Below, one piece after another: positions 52,656 to 64,000 of a DNA stretch of 64,000 nucleotides (within the stretch, counting starts at the first letter, position 1; every line of letters begins with the position of its first letter). Below the pieces are notes generated by a model. The model had not been told where the DNA came from. It worked only from the letters and a program-made list of their open reading frames with translations, and did not search any database. This DNA is from Lama glama (lineage: Eukaryota): the NCBI GenBank assembly GCA_028534125.1, contig CM052817.1, forward strand, positions 81,842,001 to 81,906,000, given 5' to 3'. The position numbers and the translations under genes were made by a program.

Positions 52656-55600
52656 TTGTATCTCTAATACAAATCAAACTATTTTTTATTTTTCAGCAGT
52701 CTTAATAGAAGCCTTTGCTATTAAAAAAAAATCCAGTATCTATTAGGCAAAAAAAAAAAAAGTGAAGAAAAATTTGGTGGAATCTTTTTATTTGTTTTTC
52801 TTGTACTACATTTTCCTTTTGATATGTACTTACCACATTCAGATTAACGACTATTGAAAAGTGTACTACAGGATGCCTTTGCAGGGTGTTTGTTTTGAAG
52901 GATGGTATAAAAATTTCCGTAAGTTTTGTAGGCAACCGCACATATTTTAACTTGATCTTTTATTCTGCATTTACTTTTGGGCATCCTTAAGAATCTGTTA
53001 AAATGCAGAAATTATGCGGTATTGATTTCAGGAAAAGTTGAAGTGGTTACACATGATTGCCTTTGCCTTAAAAGAAATCCTTATTTGGTTCTAATTTGAA
53101 CAATATTGAAAGCACAACAAAACTAGCTTTTTATTATGTCACCACACATTTGGTGAGTTATGGAAAGCATTTTATTTCAGGAATGGAGTTAACTATGTCT
53201 TGTCCGCACTTTTGGCCGTTCTTGTCATTTCTGGCTACTGTCCAAGCCTGCCTGTTACTCAGACATATTTCTTTCCTACTAAGAAATGCACTGAAATCCC
53301 AGGAACATATGCTGCTGACTGCTGGAAGAGTTTTAGTGGTGAGAGATTAATGTAATTGCTTTTGTTTGAGAAATACAATTGGTCACAGTTACATACATGT
53401 AGCTTATATATAAAATACGTTCTGTTTTAAAAATCACTATATTCATTTTTACTTTGCTTTAAAAAAAATTAAGCTGAAAAGAACCTTAAATGTGTATCCT
53501 TCCTGCTTTCTTCTTCTTCTAGCATATTTCAAACAGAAAAAGTACAGATTGATGTGAAATAAATGCACAGATGTCTAAATACACACAAAACCTAATTTAA
53601 ATTTCAGATATAAAGTTTGAAATGAAATGACAAAGTATTTGTTAGTCTGAAATTCCAAAGAGAGGAACATTCTAATTCCCAAATTAAATGTTACTTCCTC
53701 AAATATTATCATTATATCATGCTGCTTTTACTAGAATGTTTTCTATTAAAAAAATACAAGAAGTGTTTAGTTTATATAGAAGATAACATTTTTGTGCTCA
53801 ACTTCTAGCAAAATGCAGATTTTTCTATTTTTTGATCATCATTCTAAAGAAAAACTACATAAATGCATAGATTTACTTTCTGATGATCTCTGAAACTTCA
53901 GTAGAGTTTGGGCCTGCCACAGACCTGTGTTCTCAAGAACTTCTGGTTCATGTATACATGTAGTAGCTCTATTGATTTTCCCTAACAGATCACACCCAAC
54001 CGCTACCAGTCTTTCATAGTGCAGGATCATAGGTTCTTTTCTTCATAGTTTGATTTTGCCTGTTTTCTTCAAGATTTCAGTTTTGAAAGTTCTGAAATAT
54101 CACCAAGATGAGACAATAAACTGTGATTACAGCAACCACAGACTGTTGTGAATGAGGTTGGTTACACACCATAAATAAATAAACACCTCAAAGCATTGTT
54201 CACAGAGTCTGATCAGACCTTGAATACCTATGCAGTCCGAACATTGCATTCCTGACATTTAGGACTTTTAAATGTAAACCGTTTCTTGCTGGAGCTCTCT
54301 CATAACTGACATATGAGTCACTTGCAAACCGTAATAGATTTTGGCTCTGCAGCATGATGAAGTGTTCTGGATGTAGTGAAACATTTCACCCAGATTCATG
54401 GCAGCAGAATTCCCAGTGGTCACCCAAAATAGGGAAAGAAATGAAGAACAAAATTAAAGGAAATATGCAAACCCTGGCACCATCCTTTCATGGCAATACA
54501 GCTCTTTATTCTTGTTGTTAAGAGATGGAAGTAGTTAGAGTTTAAACTCATCAATGATAGGACAAGTAGGTGTCGAATCTTCTTTTTCTTAATGACTGAA
54601 TTTAACCTCATACATGAAATTTTTTTTAAAAGGGTGAGTATATATATGCCCTACTAAATGAAACTATGTGGTTAGTTCTTCTACAAAAAAAAAATCAAAT
54701 GTAGAATGTCAAACTTTCTGCTGAAATTTAATTAGACCTTCTGCTTTGTAATCTCAATATATATAGGCTTTGACATAAATTTACTAAATAAAACCTGGTT
54801 ATTGGAAGCCAGTATAGCATGCAGAATGTGTCAATCCCATCAAATTGAGTGAATCACATACTATCTAGCTTCATTCAAAGAGACAGAATGAATGAGAAGC
54901 TATTGCCAAACATTTAAAATGTAAATTTGATTATTTACTTGAGCCCGGGTTTTGGTATTTCTATTGTGACATCTTTATTTAGTAAATGTTGCCCTTGGTT
55001 CCCAAGTTTAATGTCAAGGCACAGTGTGTCCCTCTGCACACACCACCCTGATGCAATTGTCTGCCAGCACAGAGCCTCTCCCTGCATTGCAGGCAGGCTC
55101 AGAGTTTGCACACAGCCTCATCTCAGGCAGGAAAGGTGGAGTTTTCCTTTTCAGAGCCAGAGGAAGTGACAGCTCAGGCGAGATGGTTGTGCTGATTCTG
55201 GTGTGGATTTCAATTTGCTTAATTTGCTTTCAATTTCAACTCCTCATTTGAATGTCCATCTAGAATATTAAATGGTAGAGCTCAGCATTTTGTTTCACGC
55301 TGATGAAATAAAAAATGGTTTTGAGTGTAAGATTAGACTTCTTCCCCACTGAATTTCAGTAGCACCTACACAGTGTAAACTAGGGCATCATTTAACAAAG
55401 TGTTATTGGAGTGACATCATAATGACCTGTTAAGGGTAATGCACATTTGAATGACTTCAGTTATTTTCTCAGGCTTGTTCGTGATTTTTGTGGTGTTTAG
55501 CTGCTTCTGAAGCAGTGATGGGCACTGCTTAGGATCTTATATTCCAATCTCCCAAGTGGGGGATTTCCTGAATAAAGTATACATAAGATGTTTTCCTGAA

Positions 55601-58405
55601 GCTCTTTTAAATCACCCTTCTGAGAATAAAGTTTTTGAATTATCATCAAATGATTTCATATAAAAATTATAGATGGTGGCGTGATGGACCCACAAGATCT
55701 AGGAAATCAATGGGATTGAATTGGTTCTAAGTATCAGTGTAATATAAGGCAACTTTGATGAGTACAGTCCTTGTGTACCAGTAACCTATCCAATTTATTA
55801 AATTTGCTGAACATGCGACTCTAATAAAAATGTAAAAATAATATGGGTTTGCTTTTAAAACAGGAACATCTTTAGAGAAAAAAATGACATGCCAGAGATG
55901 GATAAGTTGCAAGAATGCATAAGTGAACAAGACATTTTTGCCCTCAAAATTCTAGAAGTCACCAATTTGAGCAGTACAAATGATCTTTGTTAACCTGAGG
56001 AGATTTGCAATAACCAATTTTTGTAATATATAGATGTATTAAAGAAATCAGAGCAAAAAATACTTCTATTGAAATAAGTATTTTTTGGCAGAATTATTAA
56101 TTAAAGGGTGTGTTTACATACAATCTGGTGGCACTATCATAGTATCGTTGGAGGTAACACATGTGAACTCTAAGCATTATTTTTGGTGCAATGCTTTATC
56201 ACATTTATGTGGTAATAGTAGTACATGAGAAATTGAATTTTGGAGCATCAGTTTCACAAAAATAAAAAGACAACAGTGTAATTAATTACGCTTGCCACTA
56301 AAAAAAAGCAATAATCAAGCACTATGTGCTGTGATGAATCTTCTTTTACTATTTTATAGTTTATGTACTTCATGTCTATCCCACCAACCATTTAGACTTT
56401 AGTCATTTCTGAAAATGCATATTATTGCATCTTTTAAAAAAAGAAATAGCTTCTTGGTAGACATTTTTAAAGCACTGATTTTTACTGATTATCTAAAGAG
56501 AATTTAGCTGTAGTTCTTTATTTGTAATATATACCCACCACCTTTCTGCTGAATAATTAATACTCTTCCAGTGATATTGATAAAACAAACCTTCACAGAT
56601 TATTTTCCCTTTAAGTAAATATAAAGGAGCTTAAAAATGAGCAAGAATGTGGGTAAAACAGTATTTGTAAAGTAGATGACCAAATATTAATTTCTTCAAA
56701 AATGATTTTCCTGTACACATCAAATGTGTATTTTGTATGAAAGATCATCGTATTCATGCAGAGATTAGAGGCAGAGCTCTAAAGCATATTATGCCCCTTG
56801 CCTCCCAGGCCTGGTTCGCGCCACAGGTCTCTGCAGAAATCTGCGGACTAGATTTAAGAGGCTGACTGCTGTTTTTCTTAGATAAACCACTTGACATTTC
56901 AATGCCCTGCTTTTGATTAGGAGGTGAACTCAATAGTATCTAAGATTCCTTCTAAGAATTTTAACATGTCTACTTGCAAATGATTTCTAAACTTTTATTG
57001 TATTATGAATTCTCCAACCTTGCAAAAGAAAAAAAGATTATTTTTCATCCTTATTTATTAAGAATATTTATGTACATTGCCAGAAGATTGTGAATCAAAA
57101 AATATATTTTAGGGCATTTTTCTTCCTGATTCATTAAGAGCCACTTTATTTAGCTTGCAGAGAGTTTATGGATTAAAGAATATGTTTTTAATTGTGGCTG
57201 TGAGAGTGACCACAGTGCAATATCAGTTTATTAACTGGGGAATGAGCTGGTACTGGACCTTGCTATTTTAGTCAATTCTTTAGCCTTGGATACAGTGTAC
57301 TACTTTCATAATAGCAACTTCAATCAGTGAAATACTGTGTTTTATAGTTCTTTCTACACATATGTAATGATTTGATAATTGCTAATTAGCAGTTGTTCAT
57401 TTATTATGTAATTGTATCCTGATTTATTCACTTAAAAAATTAAAAACAAATCCCCAAGATATAACATCACTCCTGATGCAGCTGCAGGCTTAAAATGATA
57501 AATTGCATTTTACAGAAAAAAATAGAAAAGAGGAAAGCATTGTACTCATTTCACAGCAACCATTTGCATGGTGAGGTTTTTGGTTTTTAAATATCCATCT
57601 GGCTTTTCAGCAAATGGAATATCAAGGACTCTAATCCACCAGCATAAAAAGGTTTGGTGACAATATTTAAAGCCCTAATTTCAATTTAACTTTTACCTTT
57701 ACGAAACTACCAAAAGACAGACCATTTCTTTAAACTGATTGATTGTTCACTCCCTTAATCTCAGTCATGTTTTTGTCTTTAAATATCATCAGTTTATTTA
57801 CCAGGGTTTCACTGCCTAGGAATCAGGTGTCTCAGACAAGAAAGTCATTCTTCCAAAAGGTTCCTAAGCAGTAAAGGGGTGACGTCTGGGCGGCGCCTGC
57901 GGCTCAGCCCTTAGCTGTAGCTGATGTTTTTGTTTTAAACAAGTCAACCAGGAAGCTATCAACTGCCCTCGTAACTGTAGCAGGTGAAAACACATATGTT
58001 CCTTGAGGGCCACATATCTGGGCACAAAGGTCAACATTTGATAGGCAGGCATAAAATATGCAAGTGCCTTATCTTCATGGTGTAACGTTTCTTTTCTCTT
58101 TGAGGGTCAATTTTCACAAACTTACAGAATTGATACCTTGAAAATGCCCCCTGGACTTAAATTGTGGAGGTGACTGACAGTTCTTATTTGTTTTGTTTTT
58201 ATTTAAAGTACAGCCACTTGGAAAGGGAAGCTTCTGAGTTCAAAATGTGATTTTCTTTTTTTTTTTTGCAAAGTAGTAGTTTGCTTATTTCAAGTCCACA
58301 CAAACGCAAAGATAAATGTAAAACCCTGAAGGGGCAATGCTAGCACTAAAAGGTTAGCTATGCTGTAGTTTTTGTTAGCCTTTTAAAAGGAGGGAATGTA
58401 TTTTT

Positions 58406-58408
<3 letters not shown>

Positions 58409-58448
<40 letters not shown>
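58409..58448. repeat. Perfect (AT)20 microsatellite
   Basis: Direct reading. Confidence 0.95.
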
Positions 58449-58450
<2 letters not shown>

Positions 58451-59124
58451 TGTAGCTTAGGAGTTATATTTTAGACTGTTTTAACACCTCAGAATTTTAA
58501 AATAAGCCACTAATAGCCATTATCTGTATTATTTAACATAATCTAATTCGTAAAGAAAAAAAAGGGGTCTTCTCTAAAGTTTTAATGTTTAACTCTTCAG
58601 TTTAATATGATAACATTTCAAAGCAAAGCATACCAAATCTTAGTCCAAAGAGGGGGTGGTAATGGAATAAAACTCTTAGGTTGGTTGCAGATCCAAGAGA
58701 GTGAGCCAACTGCATTTTAGGATCTAGAATCATCAGAAAAGGTAGTAATGGCCAAGGGCAAAGCAGTAGAGCAGGTCAAAGAATTATCCATGGTGTGGGG
58801 GGACTGGCTTCTTGGAATCAAGATGTCAACATTGGGTTTTCCCATAGGTAATTGTAAATGTTTCTATTTGTACATATATCTTTTATCAAACTTTACTTTT
58901 TCCCTGCAAGGGACAGTGGCCTGTCTTATTTTCTTCTGTATTTTTAATGACTAAAATATACCTTTTATGTGATAGATTCTAAAATATCAAATTAATGAAT
59001 ACTGGAACCATTGCCCACCTCATAAGCAAACAAGGTCCACAATCTTGGAATTCATGGTAGGTAGAAACATGGCACACCAAATCAGGAAAAGTAAGGGACT
59101 GCAGGATAACACCTACTATGCTGA

Positions 59125-59345
59125 GGAGTTCAGATCTCCTCTCTTGGATAATTCATACCCCAGGCTATTGAGGGAATCTAGAGAAGCCATGTTGAAAGCC
59201 TTTCAGGAATATTGAGGAATTGTGGAGTGGGAAAAAAAAAAAAAGACTGCACAATTAAGAGAAAATATCTAGATTTTCAAAAAAAAAAAAGGAATACAAA
59301 GTTTCAACTTTCTGACTGGCAAGTCAACACTGAGTTTGGAAAAAG
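59125..59345 (+). mobile_element. CR1/L3 LINE ORF2 (RT region) fossil
   Basis: tctcctctcttggataattcatacccccaggctattgagggaa...gaggaattgtggag...gattttcaaaaaa...ggaa...gactggcaagtcaacactgagtttggaaaa resembles the decayed SPGPDxLHPRVLxE...IFKKG...YRPVSLT segment. Confidence 0.55.
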
Positions 59346-59849
59346 AATAGCTTGGCTTATTGAATGAAAGAACTCTGGTACCCTTAATCAAAAATGTAAG
59401 CTTTGCATATATCAGAATTTAATGATGAGGTATTTTAGATCTCTGCTTAGAACTTATTATGGATACACTCAGAAATGTTTAGTTTTGAAGTCATTGATAT
59501 TTAACTAAATGTATTCTTTATAATAAAAAAGGAATTACTTTACTGTAACTGAAATAATGGAGGTGGCCAAAATCTCATGAAGCATACATGATCATTGACT
59601 TCCAGAGCTATATTTAGGGATCATATAGTTCATTTTTCAAAAATTCTTACTGGGGCAAAGATTTATAGGCTGACCCAAGATTACATAGCTAGTTAGTTCA
59701 TATGTAAGTGATCTAAATTCCAGACAGGAATCATACGAACATTTATAAGAATATATTTATATAGCTGTGACATATTTTTCAAATATGATTCATTATATTT
59801 ATTGAACACACACACATCCAGTGAGATAGGTGTGTGGAGAGAGAGGTTT

Positions 59850-60085
59850 GCATGGTAGTAAAGAAAACTTGCTGGCTCTGTGGCGTTGGGTAATTACTTA
59901 ACCTATGTACTTTGGTTAACTCATTTCTCTAATGGAAAGATAATAGTACTTGCCCCAAAAGACTCTTTTGAGGATTTTATATGTATATATATATGTGTGT
60001 GTATGTATATGTATGTATGTACACATACATGTAACATAAAACATAGTTGGCACATGCATGTTAGTTATTTTGTTTTAACTATTAA
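59850..60085 (+). mobile_element. MIR SINE interrupted by a (TA)/(TG) microsatellite
   Basis: ggctctgtggcgttgggtaattacttaacctatgtactttggttaactcatttctctaatggaaagataatagtact...gttggcacatg. Confidence 0.7.
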
Positions 60086-60924
60086 AATATAGCAGGGGCT
60101 TGCTCAGTTCATGCACTCATCATCTATAATGAAGAGTCTTTCTATTACACCCTTATACCCAACATGTTTCTGGTGTGTGTACTGTGTCCTGATGCATCTT
60201 TGATGTCATGTTTAATTAGTGCCAATCTGGATTCTCCTTACTCTCAATTTAGTGTTCTTCCTTGCAAACACATATTCACTACATACTTATATAAACACAC
60301 ACTTATATATGCATATTCTCTCAGAAATGCATTTACAAAGCTTCTTTCTCTCCCCTTCTCTTCTCTCTCTCTTTCTCACACACTTACAAACAAACACCAG
60401 CACACAGAATGTTGGCATGTTGGTTTCCAATTATACCAAGTCATGAAATTATGGATAAAAGACAATTTAGAAATCTAAAAAATTCTATTAAGCTAAAAAG
60501 TCCTGATTGAATTAGAAGGTATTCAGATCAGTTATCTCTTACTCATTTATTTTTCTATTGTAGTTTAAGGACTATGCACACATGTATGAAAATTCACACA
60601 TAATAATGGGAAGATAATTACTATTTTCTGAATAACATTAATGATTATATTCTTGGGTGCCCATCAGATGAGATCTCAAGAGTTCTTGACTCTTAAATCC
60701 ACAGTTTTTAGCCTTTTGAAATACATTCATAGGTATGTATTTTCCTACATGAAAGTTTAGTACGTATTTAATACATATCAGAGACGAGCAGTGACTTGTG
60801 TTGGTTAAGTCTAGGTTATATGACTTAGAATTCTAATTTATTGAGTTCCTTTCCTCAAAGTTTCTCCCTGGATCTAAGGAACTGCCTAGGTCTGTCCTGA
60901 CAGCTTGAAAACCAAAATCAACTT

Positions 60925-61115
60925 TTTATTAAATACTTTCCTCTGTGCTAAGCACTTTGCTGGCATCATCAAGGTTTCATCTTCATAAAATGGTCTAAGA
61001 TACATGTTATTATCCCAATTTTAAGATGAGGAGACAGGCTCAGAGAAATTAAGTGCTCAAGTTTCCCTATTTAATAAGTTGCAGAGACAGAATCTGAACT
61101 GTGGTCTTTCAAATT
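60925..61115 (-). mobile_element. MIR SINE
   Basis: ttattatcccaattttaagatgaggagacaggctcagagaaattaagtgctcaag...gcagagacagaatctgaac. Confidence 0.8.
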
Positions 61116-61987
61116 TGAAAAGCTTATGTTATTTACAGCCTTGCAAGGAAGTTGGAGATGCTCTTTATAGGATGCAGTTGTAGCTATTGTGGATCTTTTC
61201 TAAAGGAAGCGGTGCAGAAAATGTTAGTAGTTTGCAGATTTCTAACTACTAAGGCAGTCTTAACCATTCCCTAGACTAACTTGAGCCATTTGCTGTGATC
61301 AAAACCATCCTATTAAATAGTGGAACTATAATAATTGTTTAGTACTTAATTTTGTACATTGTTTCCTGGGGTTTTCTTTTTATCAATGGTTCATCCTTTT
61401 CTTAGTCTGGCTCTCTCATATTTCCCACACATTCCTTGCCAGAGAGTAATGACAGTCCTACCCATCACTTCCCTCTCCACTCCACCCAACCCTGCCTGCT
61501 TCCTGGAAAAGAAGGAACCAGAATTCTTTTGCTCTCTCCTAATATTCATCCTCATCACTCTTAGATCTGATGGCATTTTTACAGTATAACTATAAAAGAT
61601 GACACTTCATCGGAGGAGAAAAATGTCCTGGTTATATCCAAGCTAAATGGATGGATGGTTTTTTCTCCATGACTTAATTTTGTGACCCAACTGGGGAAAC
61701 TTCCAGTTTTATTAGCAGCTGTCTCCCCTTTTCTTATCAGATATTCAGCTTTTAGCACCTAGCTCAAAAGAGAAAACACATGGTTTGAAGTTATTATTTA
61801 AACTTCACAAATTGTTCTTTCTAAACAATTTTTTTTTCAGTTAGGGAAACAAATAACCCTGACTAGGATCTTTCAAACAAAGTTGTTAATATTTGCAATC
61901 TATATAAACACTACATTTGAATGGAAAGATTGTTTAGCTTTAGTCACATTAAGAAGTGTTGATAGGAGTGGAAACAGAAAGAAAAGA

Positions 61988-62008
61988 TGTGTGTGTGTGT
62001 GTGTGTGT
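61988..62008. repeat. (TG)10 microsatellite
   Basis: Direct reading. Confidence 0.9.
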
Positions 62009-62513
62009 CTGTATTTTCCTCAAAGGTTGATAGTTGACTTTAAAGGGGAAAATGCTGAGTGTTTCTTAAAACAAAAGGTGAACTTCTTTGTTTCCCCTGG
62101 CATCAGTTGCCAACATGTAAACATTTCAGGAAGAAATTTGACACTACCTCATCTGTGTGTTAGACAACATTTAATGGTTGAATGACAGATAGTCTTTAAG
62201 TCTGGCCAGTTTTTCACGTGCACAAATCTGGGGACTAAAATGACGGTTGGTCCACGGTCTATTCTAGCATAAACTCCAAGGTGGTCATGTAAAATCAGTT
62301 ACTATCAACAAGTCAGGTGATCTTTATTTGGATTTCATATTTTCCTGTAAGTATTTCACACCTTTCTCTAGGGCATTTTCTATTTTGGATGTTATATATA
62401 AAGTTTCTGCTTCCTTTTGGTAGGCCTAGTTGAGTGGACCCTGGGTACACAATTTAATGGGTACCTTGCAGATATATGCAACGTTCATGCATTGTTTCTT
62501 TCTCTCCTTGCAG

Positions 62514-62645
62514 GTAGAAATAACGCTTCAGGATATCAATGACAATCCACCAGTGTTTCCGACAGACATGCTGGACCTCACGGTGGAGGAGAACATCGGC
62601 GACGGCTCCAAGATCATGCAGCTGACAGCCATGGATGCCGATGAG
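62514..62645 (+). CDS. FAT4: Internal coding exon of atypical cadherin FAT4 (132 nt, 44 aa, phase 0/0), spanning the junction of two extracellular cadherin repeats
   Basis: Translates to VEITLQDINDNPPVFPTDMLDLTVEENIGDGSKIMQLTAMDADE, with the cadherin Ca2+-binding motifs DxNDNxPxF, xEN and AxDxD. I recognise the peptide as FAT4 (the exon after the giant first coding exon). Canonical acceptor tttctttctctccttgcag (AG 62512-62513) and donor GAG|gtagtg (GT 62646-62647). Confidence 0.95.
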
Positions 62646-64000
62646 GTAGTGCACAGCCTGGCCCTGAATTTTTGAAACTTAGTATTTCAGTGACCTATCG
62701 AATTTCTACTGTGTGTTGACAACTTTTATTACCCAATAACAAAGGTTAAGCATTGTGTGCTTTTTTCCAAAGATCATTAATTGTTGAAATGCTAAGATGG
62801 GAGGTAATTTTAGGTAATTTTCCTTTGAACAGCAATTCACAACTCAGTTAATTGCTGGCTGCATTTTAGATTTCTTAGCCAAATTATTTTAAGTTCTCAA
62901 ATAATAAAAACTATTTACAGATATAGCTTATTTTGTATGCGTGTATCACTCTCATATGCTTGTAGCTGCTAAGAATTTATTTTTATTTTATTTGTAATTG
63001 GAAAAGCAAATTACTTAAAATTTAAAAATTTAAGACTACCTTACAACTTTTCATTTAATTTGCATGTATATATATATGTAAATATATATCTCAATAATAG
63101 CCTTATGTATTTTAAGAAAATTATCTAGGAAGCTAATAATTTTTCAATTCCATTAATAAACAGAAATTCTTTCCTAGGATGAATGTGAAATTTGGGGGCA
63201 TAATTTAGAATGCTATTTCTATATTAATATTTTAAGTTTAGCTATGCAATCTTCATGCTCCAAATGGCATGGAAATTGGATAATTCGTAATTTACATCTT
63301 CCCATAAAAAAACAGCATCAGTTGTTTTCTCCTTCTTGATGGATAAAAGGTTTAATTAATGTTCTAGAGTTTCAGACGGAGGAATAATGATCCTATACAC
63401 CCCTTTCTGCCCTTTCTCTTTAAGCTAAGCCCCAAACAGATTATTTAATTTCCTTACCCTCAGTTAAGCTCCAGAAGTATCTAAAAACTTGATTTTTGGC
63501 CTATTTTTTTTTAACTTTAAAAAGGTATATAATTCAATAACAGACTAATTCTAACAGCCAGTATAGAAATGTAATGACTTAGTCATCTATATATTTTGCC
63601 AAAATCTAACTAAGGAAAAGGAAACAAAATAAAGCATAGGCATTTAGATAACTGTAGTTTTCTATTGGAAAAAATGTGTTAAGTTTATACCTTCTACTCA
63701 ATTTCATATAAAGTTTGTTCCCAGTCCCAGCTACCATTAAAAGAGTTATGTTGCTGAATATTTCTATTATTATTGAGAAAAATGAGATATCATCAGCTAT
63801 AATTTAGTAAATGCTTCATTTTCTTAAAACTTATCACTGATAATATATTTTGGATAGCTCAATTCATAAAATTTAATTATATCTCATTTAGCAAAATAAC
63901 AACAGCAAAAAAAAGCTCATACAATTTCTATAAGCCCATGTAAATGATACATCAAATAATTGCAATTGTAATGACTGCTCTATTGGCTATACTCTCTGTA
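62646..64000 (+). other. FAT4: Start of the next FAT4 intron
   Basis: GT donor at 62646; the read-through frame loses cadherin similarity and stops at 62675; very AT-rich sequence follows. Confidence 0.9.

Larger units (their letters stand above)
1..62513 (+). other. FAT4: Long FAT4 intron (5' end lies outside the window)
   Basis: No other cadherin-like coding segment seen upstream of 62514. Consistent with the known large intron that follows the giant first coding exon of FAT4. Confidence 0.85.

Noticed and set aside
62430..62675. 81-aa ORF as a standalone gene
   Set aside because: Only 62514-62645 is cadherin-like and it is bounded by splice sites; the flanks are intronic read-through.
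1..64000. A novel multi-gene or prokaryote-type system, NUMT or nested gene
   Set aside because: No long ORFs, operon structure, rRNA/mitochondrial similarity or repeat arrays were seen; composition and repeats fit an ordinary eutherian intron. Small ncRNAs cannot be excluded without an Infernal/Rfam search.

Overview
This is AT-rich mammalian genomic DNA, almost certainly from a camelid (two tRNA-derived SINEs match the camelid vic-1 type). The window lies inside the atypical cadherin gene FAT4 on the + strand. About 62.5 kb is one very long intron, followed by a single 132-nt phase-0/0 coding exon (62514-62645: VEITLQDINDNPPVFPTDMLDLTVEENIGDGSKIMQLTAMDADE) and the start of the next intron. 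The rest is ordinary intronic sequence: a ~1.3 kb Charlie1-type hAT fossil, a solo ERV LTR, an MLT1 LTR, L1/L2/CR1 fragments, many MIRs, microsatellites and a 500-N assembly gap. The other ORFs in the track are chance ORFs or decayed transposon sequence. I found no convincing novel biological system. The best leads are two candidate recursive-splicing (AG|GT) sites, a few pseudo-exon candidates, and several CpG-retaining or motif-dense unique segments that may be FAT4 enhancers. All of these are hypotheses from visual reading. Repeat family names were assigned from memory of consensus sequences and their boundaries are approximate.
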